Part shown: one piece after another, positions 1 to 10,760 of the stretch
Numbering within the stretch: position 1 is the stretch's first letter
Layout of the letters: each line of letters starts with the position of its first letter
From: Candidatus Gottesmanbacteria bacterium
GTDB taxonomy: Bacteria; Patescibacteriota; Microgenomatia; UBA10105; UBA927
NCBI GenBank assembly: GCA_030679255.1
Contig: JAUXTO010000022.1
Coordinates: 128,915-192,914 of the forward strand
DNA length: 64,000 bases
Reading direction: 5' to 3'
Translations under genes and position numbers: made by a program
Notes under the pieces: generated by a model
The model's input: the letters and a program-made list of their open reading frames with translations, nothing else
Database searches by the model: none
What the model was told of the DNA's origin: nothing

Positions 1-1
1 A

Positions 2-544
2 ATAAGTCCTACAGAATGGCAAAGGATCAGCGAGGACGGAAGAAGAATGTTTTGGATGACTGAAACCGACCCTGACTTCACCATGGCGGGGCTGTATACT
101 CGCTTTGATGATAAAAAAGGTCCTGCTCTATTTGTCCTAGAGCACTATCGAGAATCGTTACTGCTGGATTCTGCCCGTCGACTGTTGTCTTTTCATGGAG
201 GTCCTACGACCACCGTCCAGACCATAATACGCTTTGAGGCTTTACCGAGGCACACTGTACCCGCTGTACCTGGTGACTTAGAATATCAGATAGGTGAACA
301 GGTAGAGTATAGATCAGATGGGTATTTGCACATCACCGGCTGGACCGGACGACCATTCGAGTGGTCTGTTGATGATTCAACAGATAAATTTCTCTATTCC
401 CATCAAGATTTGCAGGCGCAAGGAATTGTTAACGTTGATGATCTTCCCAAAAGAATAGACTTCATGAGAACAATGAGGCAGTTCCAAGAACAACTCATGC
501 AAGGAAACTTTAGGAATCCTCAACTTTTTTCCTCAGAGGATTGA
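2..544 (+). CDS. Hypothetical protein, probably 5'-truncated by the window edge
   Basis: Frame of the 47..544 ORF is open back to position 2; no motif recognised. Confidence 0.6.
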   Translation: MSPTEWQRISEDGRRMFWMTETDPDFTMAGLYTRFDDKKGPALFVLEHYRESLLLDSARRLLSFHGGPTTTVQTIIRFEALPRHTVPAVPGDLEYQIGEQVEYRSDGYLHITGWTGRPFEWSVDDSTDKFLYSHQDLQAQGIVNVDDLPKRIDFMRTMRQFQEQLMQGNFRNPQLFSSED

Positions 545-681
545 CAAAAACTGCTATATCAAAGAAAAACCATAATGCACATCACGCTGGAGTTCTAGAG
601 ATGATATACGAAGAGAATATATAATTTGATTTTTTCGTATATAATCACCCCATCTCCCCCGCCGGAAAAACATCAAAGAGA

Positions 682-1092
682 TTACCAGATAGTCCGGACG
701 AGCTTGGAGCGGCGGATTTTCTCGTCTTTGGTGACGATAGGCACGCCCAAACGAAGCGCAGTTGCGACGATGATGCGGTCGGCAGGATCTTTGTGGGACC
801 AGTTCGGAAGAAATACCGCCGACTTGGCAATGTGGACATCCACGGGAATAAACCTAAAATACGGCAGAATTTCCAAATCGCGAAGCCATGTCTCAATATC
901 CGTAGCAAGTGTCACCCGTCCTGCTTTCACGAGTAGACAAATCTCCCAGGCGCTCATCGCTGAAGAGGCGACCGCGCCGTTTTTGATTTCACCGTCGATA
1001 GCGAGGCGGGAACGAGAGGAAAGCAGTGCGGTTTCATTTGCCCACCAGACGAGGGCGTGCGTATCCAAAAGGATCATTTCAGTGCCTCCCAA
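682..1092 (-). CDS. vapC: PIN-domain VapC-type toxin
   Basis: ILLDTHALVWW, SAMSAWEI, HKDPADRIIVATA and VTKD PIN motifs; overlaps antitoxin end. Confidence 0.92.
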   Translation of the reverse strand: MGGTEMILLDTHALVWWANETALLSSRSRLAIDGEIKNGAVASSAMSAWEICLLVKAGRVTLATDIETWLRDLEILPYFRFIPVDVHIAKSAVFLPNWSHKDPADRIIVATALRLGVPIVTKDEKIRRSKLVRTIW

Positions 1093-1349
1093 TCCTCTAA
1101 GCCTACAGGCTCAAAAGGATTGATATACTTAATGACGCTCCCTTTCAGCCGCGCTCTTGCCTCTGCTACCGTGCGCGCATCAGGCGCGTCTCTCATGAGT
1201 TTGGCATTTGCATGGACAATAGGGACAACTTTAGCGATTGCCTTCCCTTTACGCTCAATGATGGTAGAAACACCATGGTAAAACGCACTATTGAGTAGTT
1301 CTCCGAATCGCTTCCGCGCTTCCATAGCTGTCACTGTTGTTTGTAACAT
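1074..1349 (-). CDS. Phd/YefM-family antitoxin
   Basis: VTAMEARKRFGELL...IIERKGKAIAKVVP; C-terminal PFEPVGLEDWEAL; start taken at ATG 1349. Confidence 0.88.
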   Translation of the reverse strand: MLQTTVTAMEARKRFGELLNSAFYHGVSTIIERKGKAIAKVVPIVHANAKLMRDAPDARTVAEARARLKGSVIKYINPFEPVGLEDWEALK

Positions 1350-1357
1350 ATATGTCA

Positions 1358-1386
1358 ATTCTATCAATTGATAGAGATCATGTCAA
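1358..1386 (-). promoter_or_regulatory. Sigma70 promoter with overlapping palindromic operator of the TA operon
   Basis: TTGACA-17-TAGAAT on the minus strand; perfect 16-bp palindrome TCTATCAATTGATAGA at 1360-1375. Confidence 0.75.
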
Positions 1387-1445
1387 TACCACTAATCTCT
1401 ATCATTTTCCCGCCTCTCCCCCACCGGACAAAAAACTATACCATT

Positions 1446-2729
1446 CTAAACGAGCCATTCGATCACCGGTCGGGCGGGACGTTTTGAAGAACTGGTCGTG
1501 AGGGCATTATCCAGATAGAGCACGGTTCCATCCCCACCAAGATAGTTTTTAGCAAGTTCCAAATTGCCAAATTCCCGTTTTGAATTTTCATCCGTCAGGC
1601 GATAGCAAACTTGAAAGCATGAATAGTTACCCCCTTTATTCACGACAAAATCAATTTCATACCCGTTTTCATCCTGACCAAAAAAAACTTGCTCTCGTCC
1701 GTATTTCCTGATAAGTTCGTTGTAAACCAAATTTTCCAATCTTTTTTCGTCCGCCTCGTCGCGTCCGCTGATAAATGAATTATCCACCAAATAATATTTG
1801 GCAGTCCTGGAAAAGACCCGACTAAGTTTATAATCAAATTTTGTCAATTTTTCTATAGCGTAGGCGCTCATCCAGTAGCGAAGATAGTTTTCGATAGTCG
1901 CCACCGAGACCTTCATGCCCTGCTCTTCCAGACGGCCAACGATTTTCCTCAAAGACAGAGGGGAAGTGACGTTGCCACGGACAAATTCAAATGTTTCTTT
2001 TAACACATTGACGTTGTCCACTTGGTAGCGCTTGATGATGTCATCAAGTATTATTTTCTGGACAAGACCTTCATGATAATTGCGCGCCAACAGATCAGGG
2101 AGTTTGAATTGTTCACACAGACCGCCTCGACGAAGATAAAAAGTGAACGCCTTATCAATTTTTTGTTTTTGGGAATAATAGTCTTTGAAATTAATTGATA
2201 AAAAATCTAAATACTCTCTAAAACTAAAGGGGGTAATTTCGAGAGAAAGACTTCGTCCGGAGAGAGCAGAGCCAAGTTCGCCGGACAAAAGCTTGCTGTT
2301 ACTTCCACTGATAAAAATATTATATTTTCCCTGTTCGTACAGTGAGCGTACTAATTTTTCCCAGCTTTGCACTAACTGAATTTCGTCCCAAAAAATATAT
2401 ATTGGCTTGGTTATATCTCCCACTTCTCTTTGATACATTTCCCAGATTTGACGAAGCTCGCGGACCGTCTTTACTTCTTTCAAAAGATCGTTTTCAAAAT
2501 TTAAATAAAAAATATTCGTTTGGGGGATGCCCTTATGGATAAATGACTGGGAGAGCATTTTAAGTAGATATGATTTACCGGACCGACGAAATCCTACAAT
2601 AGCCTTGATTAAACGACTGGACGCAGCCTGCTGTAGCCAGGAAAAATAATCGTTCCTTTCTACCGGGATATCCGTGCTCAGCGTTTGGGATTCCGCTATA
2701 ACCTGACGTAATTCATGTACGGAAATCAT
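1446..2729 (-). CDS. AAA_14/DUF4143-type ATP-binding protein
   Basis: Walker A GFRRSGKS, FWDEIQ, SGSNSKLL, C-terminal YEIDFV...FQVC nuclease-like motif. Confidence 0.88.
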   Translation of the reverse strand: MISVHELRQVIAESQTLSTDIPVERNDYFSWLQQAASSRLIKAIVGFRRSGKSYLLKMLSQSFIHKGIPQTNIFYLNFENDLLKEVKTVRELRQIWEMYQREVGDITKPIYIFWDEIQLVQSWEKLVRSLYEQGKYNIFISGSNSKLLSGELGSALSGRSLSLEITPFSFREYLDFLSINFKDYYSQKQKIDKAFTFYLRRGGLCEQFKLPDLLARNYHEGLVQKIILDDIIKRYQVDNVNVLKETFEFVRGNVTSPLSLRKIVGRLEEQGMKVSVATIENYLRYWMSAYAIEKLTKFDYKLSRVFSRTAKYYLVDNSFISGRDEADEKRLENLVYNELIRKYGREQVFFGQDENGYEIDFVVNKGGNYSCFQVCYRLTDENSKREFGNLELAKNYLGGDGTVLYLDNALTTSSSKRPARPVIEWLV

Positions 2730-2829
2730 AACTTCACATTATCATTTCCGTATGATTTTGTCAACTCGTGAACGCGCACCCAGAATCTATTCCCTACAAC
2801 CCCCGCCCTAACAAGCTATAATACGGTGT

Positions 2830-4035
2830 ATGAAAAACTTATCCCCCGACGAACGGAAGCTCCTGATTATCCAGGGGTTGGATATCCTGGCGGCAAGCCT
2901 CGCCGGGATATTTACCACGGTTTTCTTCTTTTCCCATGGGGATTTGAAAGTAACGACTCTCTACAACATCGCGGCGTTTGCCTCCATGACGTTTTTTTAC
3001 GGTTCCTCGGGATTTCTCCTCCGGTATTTTTCCTCGGGTACCCTCATGAAAATCAGTTTGTTGGCGTTTTCACTCTTTTATCTTCTGCTGTTTTTTCTCA
3101 AAGACCAAAGCATCGCGTACGTCGTTCCCCTTGGTATCCTCTCCGGCTTCTCCGGAGGAATATACTGGGCGACGTACAACCTGAATCAATACATTCTTGC
3201 ACATGAACGAAGACGGGTCTCATACTTTGGCTGGGCTGGCGCTATATTTAATTTGGCAAGCGCCGTAGGCCCGGGCGTGGGGGGCCTCATCATCATGTTC
3301 GTAGGCCGGACTTCGCTCGGACTTACGAATGGATATCTCGCATTATTTCTGATTGTCGCCCTGATCAATATCATCACGGTGTTTGTGATCGGCAAACTCC
3401 CCGCCCATGGATCGCTGGATTTTTCTTACCGTCATATCTGGGAACACCGACGATCGATGCGCTGGAAACTCATTCTCGGACAAAACGCGGTACTAGGTTT
3501 ATTTGATATCGCGCTCGGCACCGTGACGGGCGTATTATTTTTCGTCATAGTAAAAAATGAAGCAGATTTGGGTTTCGTTCTCACTGTGGCTTCCACGATC
3601 GCAATCGCTTCCAATCTTTATGCTATCCCGCTTCTCACGAGATACCCATCCGCGTTTTGGATCGGTGTCGTCGGGTCTGCTCTCTCGATCATTGTGTTTG
3701 CGCTCTATCAATCGCCACTGGGCGTCTGGGCGTATATTATTATCTCCGGACTCACTGTTCCGATATTTAACAACAGAATATCTACAGTTTACTTTGGTAC
3801 GCTGGATAAAGAGGAGGGAGGATGGCAGCAAAAGTATCATCTCCTTCTCGAACGCGATATTGTGTTGGGAATATTCCGGACAATAAGTTTCGTCGGGCTT
3901 TTTATTTTTCTTCAATTCGGGAATGAAATTCAACTGGCAAAATCCTGGCTGTATCTCCTCCCCGTCCTACCCCTTGCCCTCGCCTTGTTGCTCCAAAAAA
4001 CGATTGCACTAGCTACTCCAAAAATAAAAAGTTAA
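2830..4035 (+). CDS. MFS-like membrane transporter
   Basis: 401 aa with about 12 hydrophobic segments. Confidence 0.75.
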   Translation: MKNLSPDERKLLIIQGLDILAASLAGIFTTVFFFSHGDLKVTTLYNIAAFASMTFFYGSSGFLLRYFSSGTLMKISLLAFSLFYLLLFFLKDQSIAYVVPLGILSGFSGGIYWATYNLNQYILAHERRRVSYFGWAGAIFNLASAVGPGVGGLIIMFVGRTSLGLTNGYLALFLIVALINIITVFVIGKLPAHGSLDFSYRHIWEHRRSMRWKLILGQNAVLGLFDIALGTVTGVLFFVIVKNEADLGFVLTVASTIAIASNLYAIPLLTRYPSAFWIGVVGSALSIIVFALYQSPLGVWAYIIISGLTVPIFNNRISTVYFGTLDKEEGGWQQKYHLLLERDIVLGIFRTISFVGLFIFLQFGNEIQLAKSWLYLLPVLPLALALLLQKTIALATPKIKS

Positions 4036-4051
4036 GATTTTAGGATTCTCC

Positions 4052-5086
4052 TCAACCGTTCTCACCTGCTGGAAAAAACAGCGTGTCGGCGATATCGCGG
4101 GCATCGGCAAACAACATAATCAACCGGTCGACGCCAATGGCAATTCCGCTGCACTTGGGTAACCCAACCTTTAACGCGTTAATGAAGTCGTGATCATAAT
4201 CATAGGACGTTTTTCCCAGCCGTTGGATCTCATGTAATTCTTTCTTAAATCTCTCCTCCTGTTCTTTGGCGTCGGTGAGTTCGCTGTAGCAATCTCCGAG
4301 CTCAAGCCCTGCGATATAAAACTCAAACCGTTCTGCAAGCCTGGGGTCGCTCGTTTTTTTCTTAGATAATGCTGCCATCGATGATGGGAAATCATACAGA
4401 ATAGTCGGTTTACCCCGGCCAAGCCGGGGTTCAATTTCATTGAGTAAAATCTGATTATAAAGTTGTTCCCAGGTCGTACTCGCTTCGATTGTATATCCCT
4501 TTTTTTGTGCAATTGCCCGGGCTTTTTTTTCATCCAAAAATTCATCGAAATGCACATGAGCATACTTTTTAAATGCTTGAGCGACAGAAAGCCGCTCCCA
4601 TGGAGGTGTGAGGTCAATTGGTTTCCCTTGATAGGAAACAATCAATGAACCGCGATTGACGAACCGTGCAATCGAAACGATGAGTTGCTCCGTGTCCTCC
4701 ATTATTCTCATGTAATCCGCCCCCACGCGGTAAAATTCAAGAATTGTAAATTCCGGATTATGGAGATTCCCCTGGGTTTCCATGTTCCGGAAACTTTTGG
4801 TTATTGCGTAGCAGTTGCCGATGCCTGCCACCATGAGTTTTTTTAAGGGGACTTCCGGAGAGGTGGAAAGGTAAGCGGGAGTAGCCTGACCGTTGCGGTC
4901 CAGAAGTTGCGTTTCAAAAACTTCGAGGTGCGATTCAGCAGGAGGATGGGCTATGAGGATCGGCGTTTCGACCTCATGAAATTGTTGATCGTCAAGATAT
5001 CGGCGTATCGCTTTGATGATCTTCTCACGGATAAAATATCTATCCCAAAGCTCAGGATGTTCTTTTAATAATTTCCAAGTCTTCAT
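4052..5086 (-). CDS. epmA: EF-P lysine aminoacylase (GenX/EpmA), lysyl-tRNA synthetase paralog
   Basis: EVETPIL, YLSTSPE, FRN..HNPEFT, AERFE, GIAIGVDRL; no anticodon domain. Confidence 0.88.
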   Translation of the reverse strand: MKTWKLLKEHPELWDRYFIREKIIKAIRRYLDDQQFHEVETPILIAHPPAESHLEVFETQLLDRNGQATPAYLSTSPEVPLKKLMVAGIGNCYAITKSFRNMETQGNLHNPEFTILEFYRVGADYMRIMEDTEQLIVSIARFVNRGSLIVSYQGKPIDLTPPWERLSVAQAFKKYAHVHFDEFLDEKKARAIAQKKGYTIEASTTWEQLYNQILLNEIEPRLGRGKPTILYDFPSSMAALSKKKTSDPRLAERFEFYIAGLELGDCYSELTDAKEQEERFKKELHEIQRLGKTSYDYDHDFINALKVGLPKCSGIAIGVDRLIMLFADARDIADTLFFPAGENG

Positions 5087-5132
5087 CCACCTGATTATAC
5101 TCCATTATTACCGCCCTTTTTGGTAGTATTGG

Positions 5133-5168
5133 CCTGCCCGCAATGCTTCGCAAAGCGATGCAGGCGGG
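5133..5168. repeat. 36-bp palindromic REP-like element, CCTGCCCG...GCAGGCGGG family
   Basis: Near-identical to copies at 11211, 23098, 23220 and 24520. Confidence 0.9.
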
Positions 5169-5203
5169 TAGTATTTGATGATTGAATTATTGGTAGTATT
5201 TCC

Positions 5204-5887
5204 TTAAAGGAATCGAAGTACTTTCGCCTTTGCCTTGAGCTCATTAAACCACGGCTGGAGCTTATCGCCGATATGGGCGTCAAGGATAGCTTGTTTGGCT
5301 TCACTTCGCAGCGCCGCCTCTTCGGTAGCGACCAATGTCGCCCGATTCGTCGCGATAAAATTATTGACGTCTGCGTCGGTGATCGTTAACCCTTTTCCTA
5401 ATATCTTTTGGACCGTAAGCTGTAACGTGATTTGCCGGTCAAATTCTGATTTGGTCAGTCCCTGGATCTTGAGAATCTCCTCAAGTTTCATCCCCCCGCC
5501 CAACCCTTTGACGATTTCCTCTTCCCGGGCACTTACTTCCGCGGGCGACATGACGATGCCCTGCTTTCGGGCTTCGCTTTCGATCAATTTCTCACTGATC
5601 ATACCCTCAAGTGTTTGCTTACCATACCGGTCCGCCATCACACCATTGAGTTCCCAACTCCACACCGGCCTGCCGTCAACGACTGCCGCCACGAGCATGC
5701 TTTTGTTCGCCAAAAGTAATGCAGATAATGCCAGGAGTCCAAGAACGAGATACAGAACTTTTGTATTAAACTTTGGCTTGGCGGTCATCGGGGGTGTTTC
5801 ATTATTGAAACTCGAAGTCATCGCCATATCCGCTACTGCTTCTTTTTTCACTGAAGTTTTCTTCTTTGCAATTTTTCGTGTTGCCAT
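5204..5887 (-). CDS. SurA/PrsA N-terminal-domain foldase-like protein
   Basis: N-terminal TM, AAVVDG, LIESEARKQGI, ITDADV, WFNELKAKAKV; start taken at MATRK. Confidence 0.75.
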   Translation of the reverse strand: MATRKIAKKKTSVKKEAVADMAMTSSFNNETPPMTAKPKFNTKVLYLVLGLLALSALLLANKSMLVAAVVDGRPVWSWELNGVMADRYGKQTLEGMISEKLIESEARKQGIVMSPAEVSAREEEIVKGLGGGMKLEEILKIQGLTKSEFDRQITLQLTVQKILGKGLTITDADVNNFIATNRATLVATEEAALRSEAKQAILDAHIGDKLQPWFNELKAKAKVLRFL

Positions 5888-6097
5888 ACCAGGTAGTAGA
5901 ACTTCGATAATTTTCTTGCTCTTAAGTGTCAAGAAAATCTTTTGTCCTAATCCTCCATAAATGAACTATCAATATTATCAGTAACCAAGCATGGTCTCTC
6001 TCACCTTATAGCAAGATCGAAGTTTCACTACCTGGCTTTCTGTCAATCGCCAAAGCATACCACAGTCATGTGGGAAGCACAACCCACGATATACAAC

Positions 6098-6871
6098 TTA
6101 TGACGTACGGGATGCAGGACACAATATTCGCAACATACAATGAGCGCAGTCAGGATTTTGTGCTTTACAGACCGCGCGGCCGTGATCGATGAGGAGATAG
6201 GTTAACTTGAACCAGTCAGACTTTGGTATGACATCCATAAGTTCCCGCTCAATCTTCACCGGATCGGCATCTTTTTTGTAATCAACGACAACCTGTTCGT
6301 TTTTCAAGAGATGGTCTTGCGGTTTTGCAAGACCATCTCTTTTGAACACCATACTCTTTTTCCCACCAATTTTATCCAGGTCCACAATTCGCAATCGTTG
6401 GCTCAGTCGGAGAACATGAGTATCCACCGCGATCCCCTCGACAACTCCATACGCATTACCCAACACCACGTTTGCCGTTTTCCGGGCTACCCCGGGGATC
6501 GTCAACATCTCATCCATCGTCCGTGGGATTATTCCACTAAATTTTTCTCTAATGAGCTTGGCCGCCGCAAGAATATTTTTCGCTTTATTATGATAAAAGC
6601 CTGTTGACTTAATATCCTGCTCAAACACTTTGATATCAGCATGTACATAATCCTCAAGTGTTGGATATTTTGTAAATAATTTCTCTGTCACCTTATTGAC
6701 CATTACATCAGTGCACTGCGCCGAAAGAATGACGGAAACCAACAGTTCCCATGAATTACTATAGTGAAGGACTATCCTCGCTTGCGGATACGCGGCTTTC
6801 AACAGAGTTACTACGTGGGCAACTGTCTCTTTTCTCCGCTCTGAGGACTCCCCCCTTGTGATCACGGTCAT
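6098..6871 (-). CDS. nth: Endonuclease III with an internal insertion
   Basis: ILSAQCTD, HhH PGVARKTANVV, AVDTHV, C-terminal CX6CX2CX5C Fe-S motif. Confidence 0.95.
   Translation of the reverse strand: MTVITRGESSERRKETVAHVVTLLKAAYPQARIVLHYSNSWELLVSVILSAQCTDVMVNKVTEKLFTKYPTLEDYVHADIKVFEQDIKSTGFYHNKAKNILAAAKLIREKFSGIIPRTMDEMLTIPGVARKTANVVLGNAYGVVEGIAVDTHVLRLSQRLRIVDLDKIGGKKSMVFKRDGLAKPQDHLLKNEQVVVDYKKDADPVKIERELMDVIPKSDWFKLTYLLIDHGRAVCKAQNPDCAHCMLRILCPASRTS
6306..6341. repeat. Perfect 15-bp-stem inverted repeat within nth
   Basis: AAGAGATGGTCTTGC-GGTTTT-GCAAGACCATCTCTT. Confidence 0.9.
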
Positions 6872-6923
6872 AGATACTTACAATGATACCATTCTTGCTT
6901 TTATACGTTCTGCCCCGCAAACT

Positions 6924-7478
6924 ATGACGTTCAAGCTGTCCAAACTATTCCCGCACTTTCACCGAGTAATTTCCTCAAGAATTTTTTCTAGCCTCGAAAT
7001 TGTATTGTTGTGGGGTAGCCTTGCCGCCTTCATTACGATCAATGTCATGACGCTTCAAAAAACCCGTCCGGCTTATTGGAATGAACTCATGAAGTTTTTT
7101 TCCTCCCCTTTTTCTGTTTCCCGGCACATCGACCTCGCCTCCATCTTATGGCAACAAGGCAAAAAGCCTGAAGCGCGCGCGCTTATGATCTCCGCCGCCA
7201 AGGGAAATACGGTTAATGTTTTAGGGAGCACAACGAGTCCACTCGTTACACTCACTCAATGGGAACACGAGATAGACCGATTAAGAGGACGGTATGCGTT
7301 CTGGCAAACGGTTGTCGCCACCAAACCCGACTACCGGGATGCATACATCACGCTTGCCACACTGGCCTATCAACTTGATTCTCTTCAAGAAGCAAAAAAC
7401 TGGCTAACGAAAGCGCTCGCTCTTGACCCCAATAATCAACCATCTCAACAACTGTCCGTATTCCTTCAGGGAAAATAA
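6924..7478 (+). CDS. Membrane-anchored TPR protein
   Basis: One TM; PDYRDAYITLA...ALALDPNN TPR pattern; start uncertain. Confidence 0.7.
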   Translation: MTFKLSKLFPHFHRVISSRIFSSLEIVLLWGSLAAFITINVMTLQKTRPAYWNELMKFFSSPFSVSRHIDLASILWQQGKKPEARALMISAAKGNTVNVLGSTTSPLVTLTQWEHEIDRLRGRYAFWQTVVATKPDYRDAYITLATLAYQLDSLQEAKNWLTKALALDPNNQPSQQLSVFLQGK

Positions 7479-7490
7479 TACTGCACGAAG

Positions 7491-8195
7491 CTATTCTTTC
7501 TTAGCGCTTTCTTCCTTTGCTTTTTCAGCCGGTGCTGCTCCCTCGGCAGTTGGGGCGGCGGCGGCGCCCTCGGCCGCTACTTCACTAGCCGCTTCAGCAG
7601 CTTTGGCTACGTCAGCAGCCACTTCGCTTGCTGCTTCTTTTGTTATGAGCGATCCAACCTTCACGATAGTCAATTCCGCATCGGTTAAGACAGTGAGTCC
7701 GGCGGGGACTTTCAAATCTTTGACTTTTACCTCCTGCCCGACTTCGGAAAGCGCGGTCACGTCAACCTCGATGTGTTCGACAAGTTCGGTAGGCAACGCT
7801 TCGACTTCCACCCCATCTAATATGCTCAATACGACCCCACGCTTCTCGCTGACGACAGAAGATTGCCCCGTTAACACAATCGGCACCTTTGCGTGGACTT
7901 TTTCCTTGAGGTCTACCTGATGAAATTCAACATGAAGTATAGTTCCTGTGACCGGATGTTTCTGGACATGATGAATGAGAACGTGTCGGACGGCTCCCCC
8001 CACGGATAGCTCAATCAACCCGGTCTCCCCTGCTTCACCATAGGTTTTCGCAAACGCCTCAGACGCGACCGTGAGGGATACGCTCTTCACTTTTTTTCCA
8101 TAAACGGTTGCAGGAAGCTCCCCTGCCTTACGGAGTTTTTTGACTTTTCTTCCAAGAGAATCGCGTTTCGTGGCGGAGAGTGAGTGTTTTTTCAT
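7491..8195 (-). CDS. rplY: 50S ribosomal protein L25/Ctc
   Basis: LRKAGELPATVYG, HPVTGTILHVEF, VEVEALP, acidic Ala-rich tail. Confidence 0.95.
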   Translation of the reverse strand: MKKHSLSATKRDSLGRKVKKLRKAGELPATVYGKKVKSVSLTVASEAFAKTYGEAGETGLIELSVGGAVRHVLIHHVQKHPVTGTILHVEFHQVDLKEKVHAKVPIVLTGQSSVVSEKRGVVLSILDGVEVEALPTELVEHIEVDVTALSEVGQEVKVKDLKVPAGLTVLTDAELTIVKVGSLITKEAASEVAADVAKAAEAASEVAAEGAAAAPTAEGAAPAEKAKEESAKKE

Positions 8196-8204
8196 GCGTA
8201 TCAA

Positions 8205-10760
8205 TTATTTTGAAAAGTGTATGGTGATCTCTTTCGTCTGATCAAGAGTTGTATTGTATCGGACTTCCTTGGCATTTGCAAGGAAGCCATTGTCTTTCGG
8301 TACGCTCATCGATTTTTCAGTTTTTGCCTTCCATCCTGATGGGTACCCAATGGCTACATCCACATCGGTGTCAATGACGCCGGGTTGCTTCCGCAATACA
8401 TGGACAAATACTCCCTCATTGTTCGGAAATGAAAGGACCGTTCCCATCTGGTACCGGATCGTGATAGTCCGACTGGCCATTGGGGGCACGGTGAACGCAA
8501 CCGCAACTACCTGCTGAGTATCCGCGACCGTGTCGGTGTCTCGATAGGGATAGATCCTTTTGGTAGTTTTTACCGGTTTCAGAGGAATCTCCTGACCATC
8601 TGCCGTCACGGATACGACCTGCGCGTCGGCAGGCATATACGCCCGTACATACGAAAGATATACGCCCCCTCCCATTTCTACCGCGTCGTTTGTCGATGAA
8701 TTTTCATACGTGACCGACACTGACCCATCGATGATACCCTGTTCATCGATGTCCACTCGGCTTTTCATATTCCGCTTTATATATGCATTCACCTTATTGA
8801 CTCCCATATTTGCCTCAACAATCGCTATGCGATCCACGACGCATGGATGCTCAGCGATTTGGCAGGACGGTTCTCCCATGAGCTTCCCCGTCCATCCCGC
8901 CTGTTGGGCGATACGCTGAGGCTTGGCGGCGGGAAACCAAAATTGTATATCTCCTGCCAAAAGCGCGTTGGTAATTGCGAGAAACACGCTACTTCCCTCT
9001 TCGGCCTTGGTCGAAGTAAGCCGCCCGATGAGAGCGGATCCCAGACTTCCTAAAAAATCTTTTTTTTGCGTCGACCCGGGAAAAAAATCCGCTTGTGTAT
9101 AAAAAAGAGATTTTCCAAAAAAGTTGTCTTTAGAAATCCGGTCGTTGTAATCCGGCAGCTCTATGGGGCCTGTGGCGCCAAGAAGTTCGGTCAACACCGG
9201 AGTCGATACAGCGATCACGCCGTCGACCTTTATCCCCGTTTCTTTCTCGTAAAACCATGCAGCCTTCTCCCCGCTTATTGCAAAGTCCGGATTCCAATTG
9301 CTGTCCCGGAGGTACCAGTGCTCCTGCTCCAAAAGTTCTTTTATGGGCGTAGGCGGATCGACATGTCCCTTCAGTTGTCCGTCTACCACGTAGACATCCT
9401 GAATTTGAGGCAGCTCCATGATGCCGTTCTCGATACTCACCGTGGCGAGACTTCCGATAAATCCTCCCGTAGGACGAAGCTCCATACTATTCTGAAGAAG
9501 GATGAGATATGTTTTTTTCCCGTCAAACCCTCCCCCTATCCGATACAGGGATAAAAGATTGCGCGCTTGAGATACTTGAGTGATGGCTTTCAATAGAGAG
9601 GATTGGGCACGAGGAATGATTTGTTGCCCGGAAATAAATTGCAAAGGAAACGTTTGTATAGCGCTGAGAACCTCAAGTTGTGCGCTCACTAACTGCAATA
9701 CATTCGATAAATCGTCTAAGTTCGTCCGCATCCGATCGACCGCAACGAGAAGCGGTTCTCTCCCCGGCTCGCTTTCCGCCTGAAAAAAAGTCGGCAATAA
9801 TGTAGCGCTTTCGCCCATGAGCCGGGCAGCACGTGTCTCAACGTCTCCGAGTCCCGCGGCCACACCAAGCAAGCGTTCTTGATTTCGAAAGAGGTCCACG
9901 ATTCCGACACTCCCCGCGGTGGTACTCATGAAACGAAGTGTCCGTTGACCTTGGAGAGCCCAAAAGGTCGTACTGCCTGCGGCGTTTGCAAAACCCGTTG
10001 CATTCCCATTTTTCAGCGCTTGAAACGCCCGCATCTGTGACAGTCCAACGAACCCAATGGAAGAAAAATACCAAACAAGAGGAACAATAAAAAAACTTGC
10101 GAGCAACAAGGCGACACTATATGCCAAGCGCGGGGGCACCGCGGAGAATGGTAACGGAGACCAAAGAACTCTCCGTATTTCGGGATGAACTAGCGGCTCT
10201 TCCACAAACTCACTCATGGCACGGGTAATTCTTTCCTGGTGATTGGCAACGGTATCATTGACGAGCGGATGAACGTGTTGGAGAACATGAATGGTCTCTG
10301 ATTGACGTTCGTCATCATGGGGGATGATCTTCATTCCTTCGTCAGGCGGCGGGTACCCTTCTTCATAATAGGGTCCTCCGCAGCCGGTAATAAAGTAAGC
10401 GAATATCCGCTCTACCTCACGTGTGCCAAGCGACCGAGAAAAAACGCAGGCAATTTTTACGTGAATATGTGGCGAGTCCGAAACGTACTGTTTTTTATTA
10501 CGAAGAAATATTATTGCAAAGATCTCAATATGATTTTTTGGAGAATCCGCAACGCTATCTTTCACAAAATCCTCATCCCCGATGACAATGTGATAAGTGG
10601 GGGCAATAGCCGGATTCCGGTTCACAACGACCGCGCATCCATTGAGTTCTAAGTATTCCCGTACGGGCAGAGCAAGTGTCACGTCCTGCGCCTCTATATG
10701 GGCTATCGGCAAGTCTGACGACTGCGTGTTGATACGACCTGGAGAAGGATGATTATTCAT
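8205..10760 (-). CDS. DUF4012-domain membrane protein
   Basis: YLILLQNSMELRPTGGFIGS, LRDSNWNPDF, VDGVIAV, LRKQPG. Confidence 0.88.
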   Translation of the reverse strand: MNNHPSPGRINTQSSDLPIAHIEAQDVTLALPVREYLELNGCAVVVNRNPAIAPTYHIVIGDEDFVKDSVADSPKNHIEIFAIIFLRNKKQYVSDSPHIHVKIACVFSRSLGTREVERIFAYFITGCGGPYYEEGYPPPDEGMKIIPHDDERQSETIHVLQHVHPLVNDTVANHQERITRAMSEFVEEPLVHPEIRRVLWSPLPFSAVPPRLAYSVALLLASFFIVPLVWYFSSIGFVGLSQMRAFQALKNGNATGFANAAGSTTFWALQGQRTLRFMSTTAGSVGIVDLFRNQERLLGVAAGLGDVETRAARLMGESATLLPTFFQAESEPGREPLLVAVDRMRTNLDDLSNVLQLVSAQLEVLSAIQTFPLQFISGQQIIPRAQSSLLKAITQVSQARNLLSLYRIGGGFDGKKTYLILLQNSMELRPTGGFIGSLATVSIENGIMELPQIQDVYVVDGQLKGHVDPPTPIKELLEQEHWYLRDSNWNPDFAISGEKAAWFYEKETGIKVDGVIAVSTPVLTELLGATGPIELPDYNDRISKDNFFGKSLFYTQADFFPGSTQKKDFLGSLGSALIGRLTSTKAEEGSSVFLAITNALLAGDIQFWFPAAKPQRIAQQAGWTGKLMGEPSCQIAEHPCVVDRIAIVEANMGVNKVNAYIKRNMKSRVDIDEQGIIDGSVSVTYENSSTNDAVEMGGGVYLSYVRAYMPADAQVVSVTADGQEIPLKPVKTTKRIYPYRDTDTVADTQQVVAVAFTVPPMASRTITIRYQMGTVLSFPNNEGVFVHVLRKQPGVIDTDVDVAIGYPSGWKAKTEKSMSVPKDNGFLANAKEVRYNTTLDQTKEITIHFSK

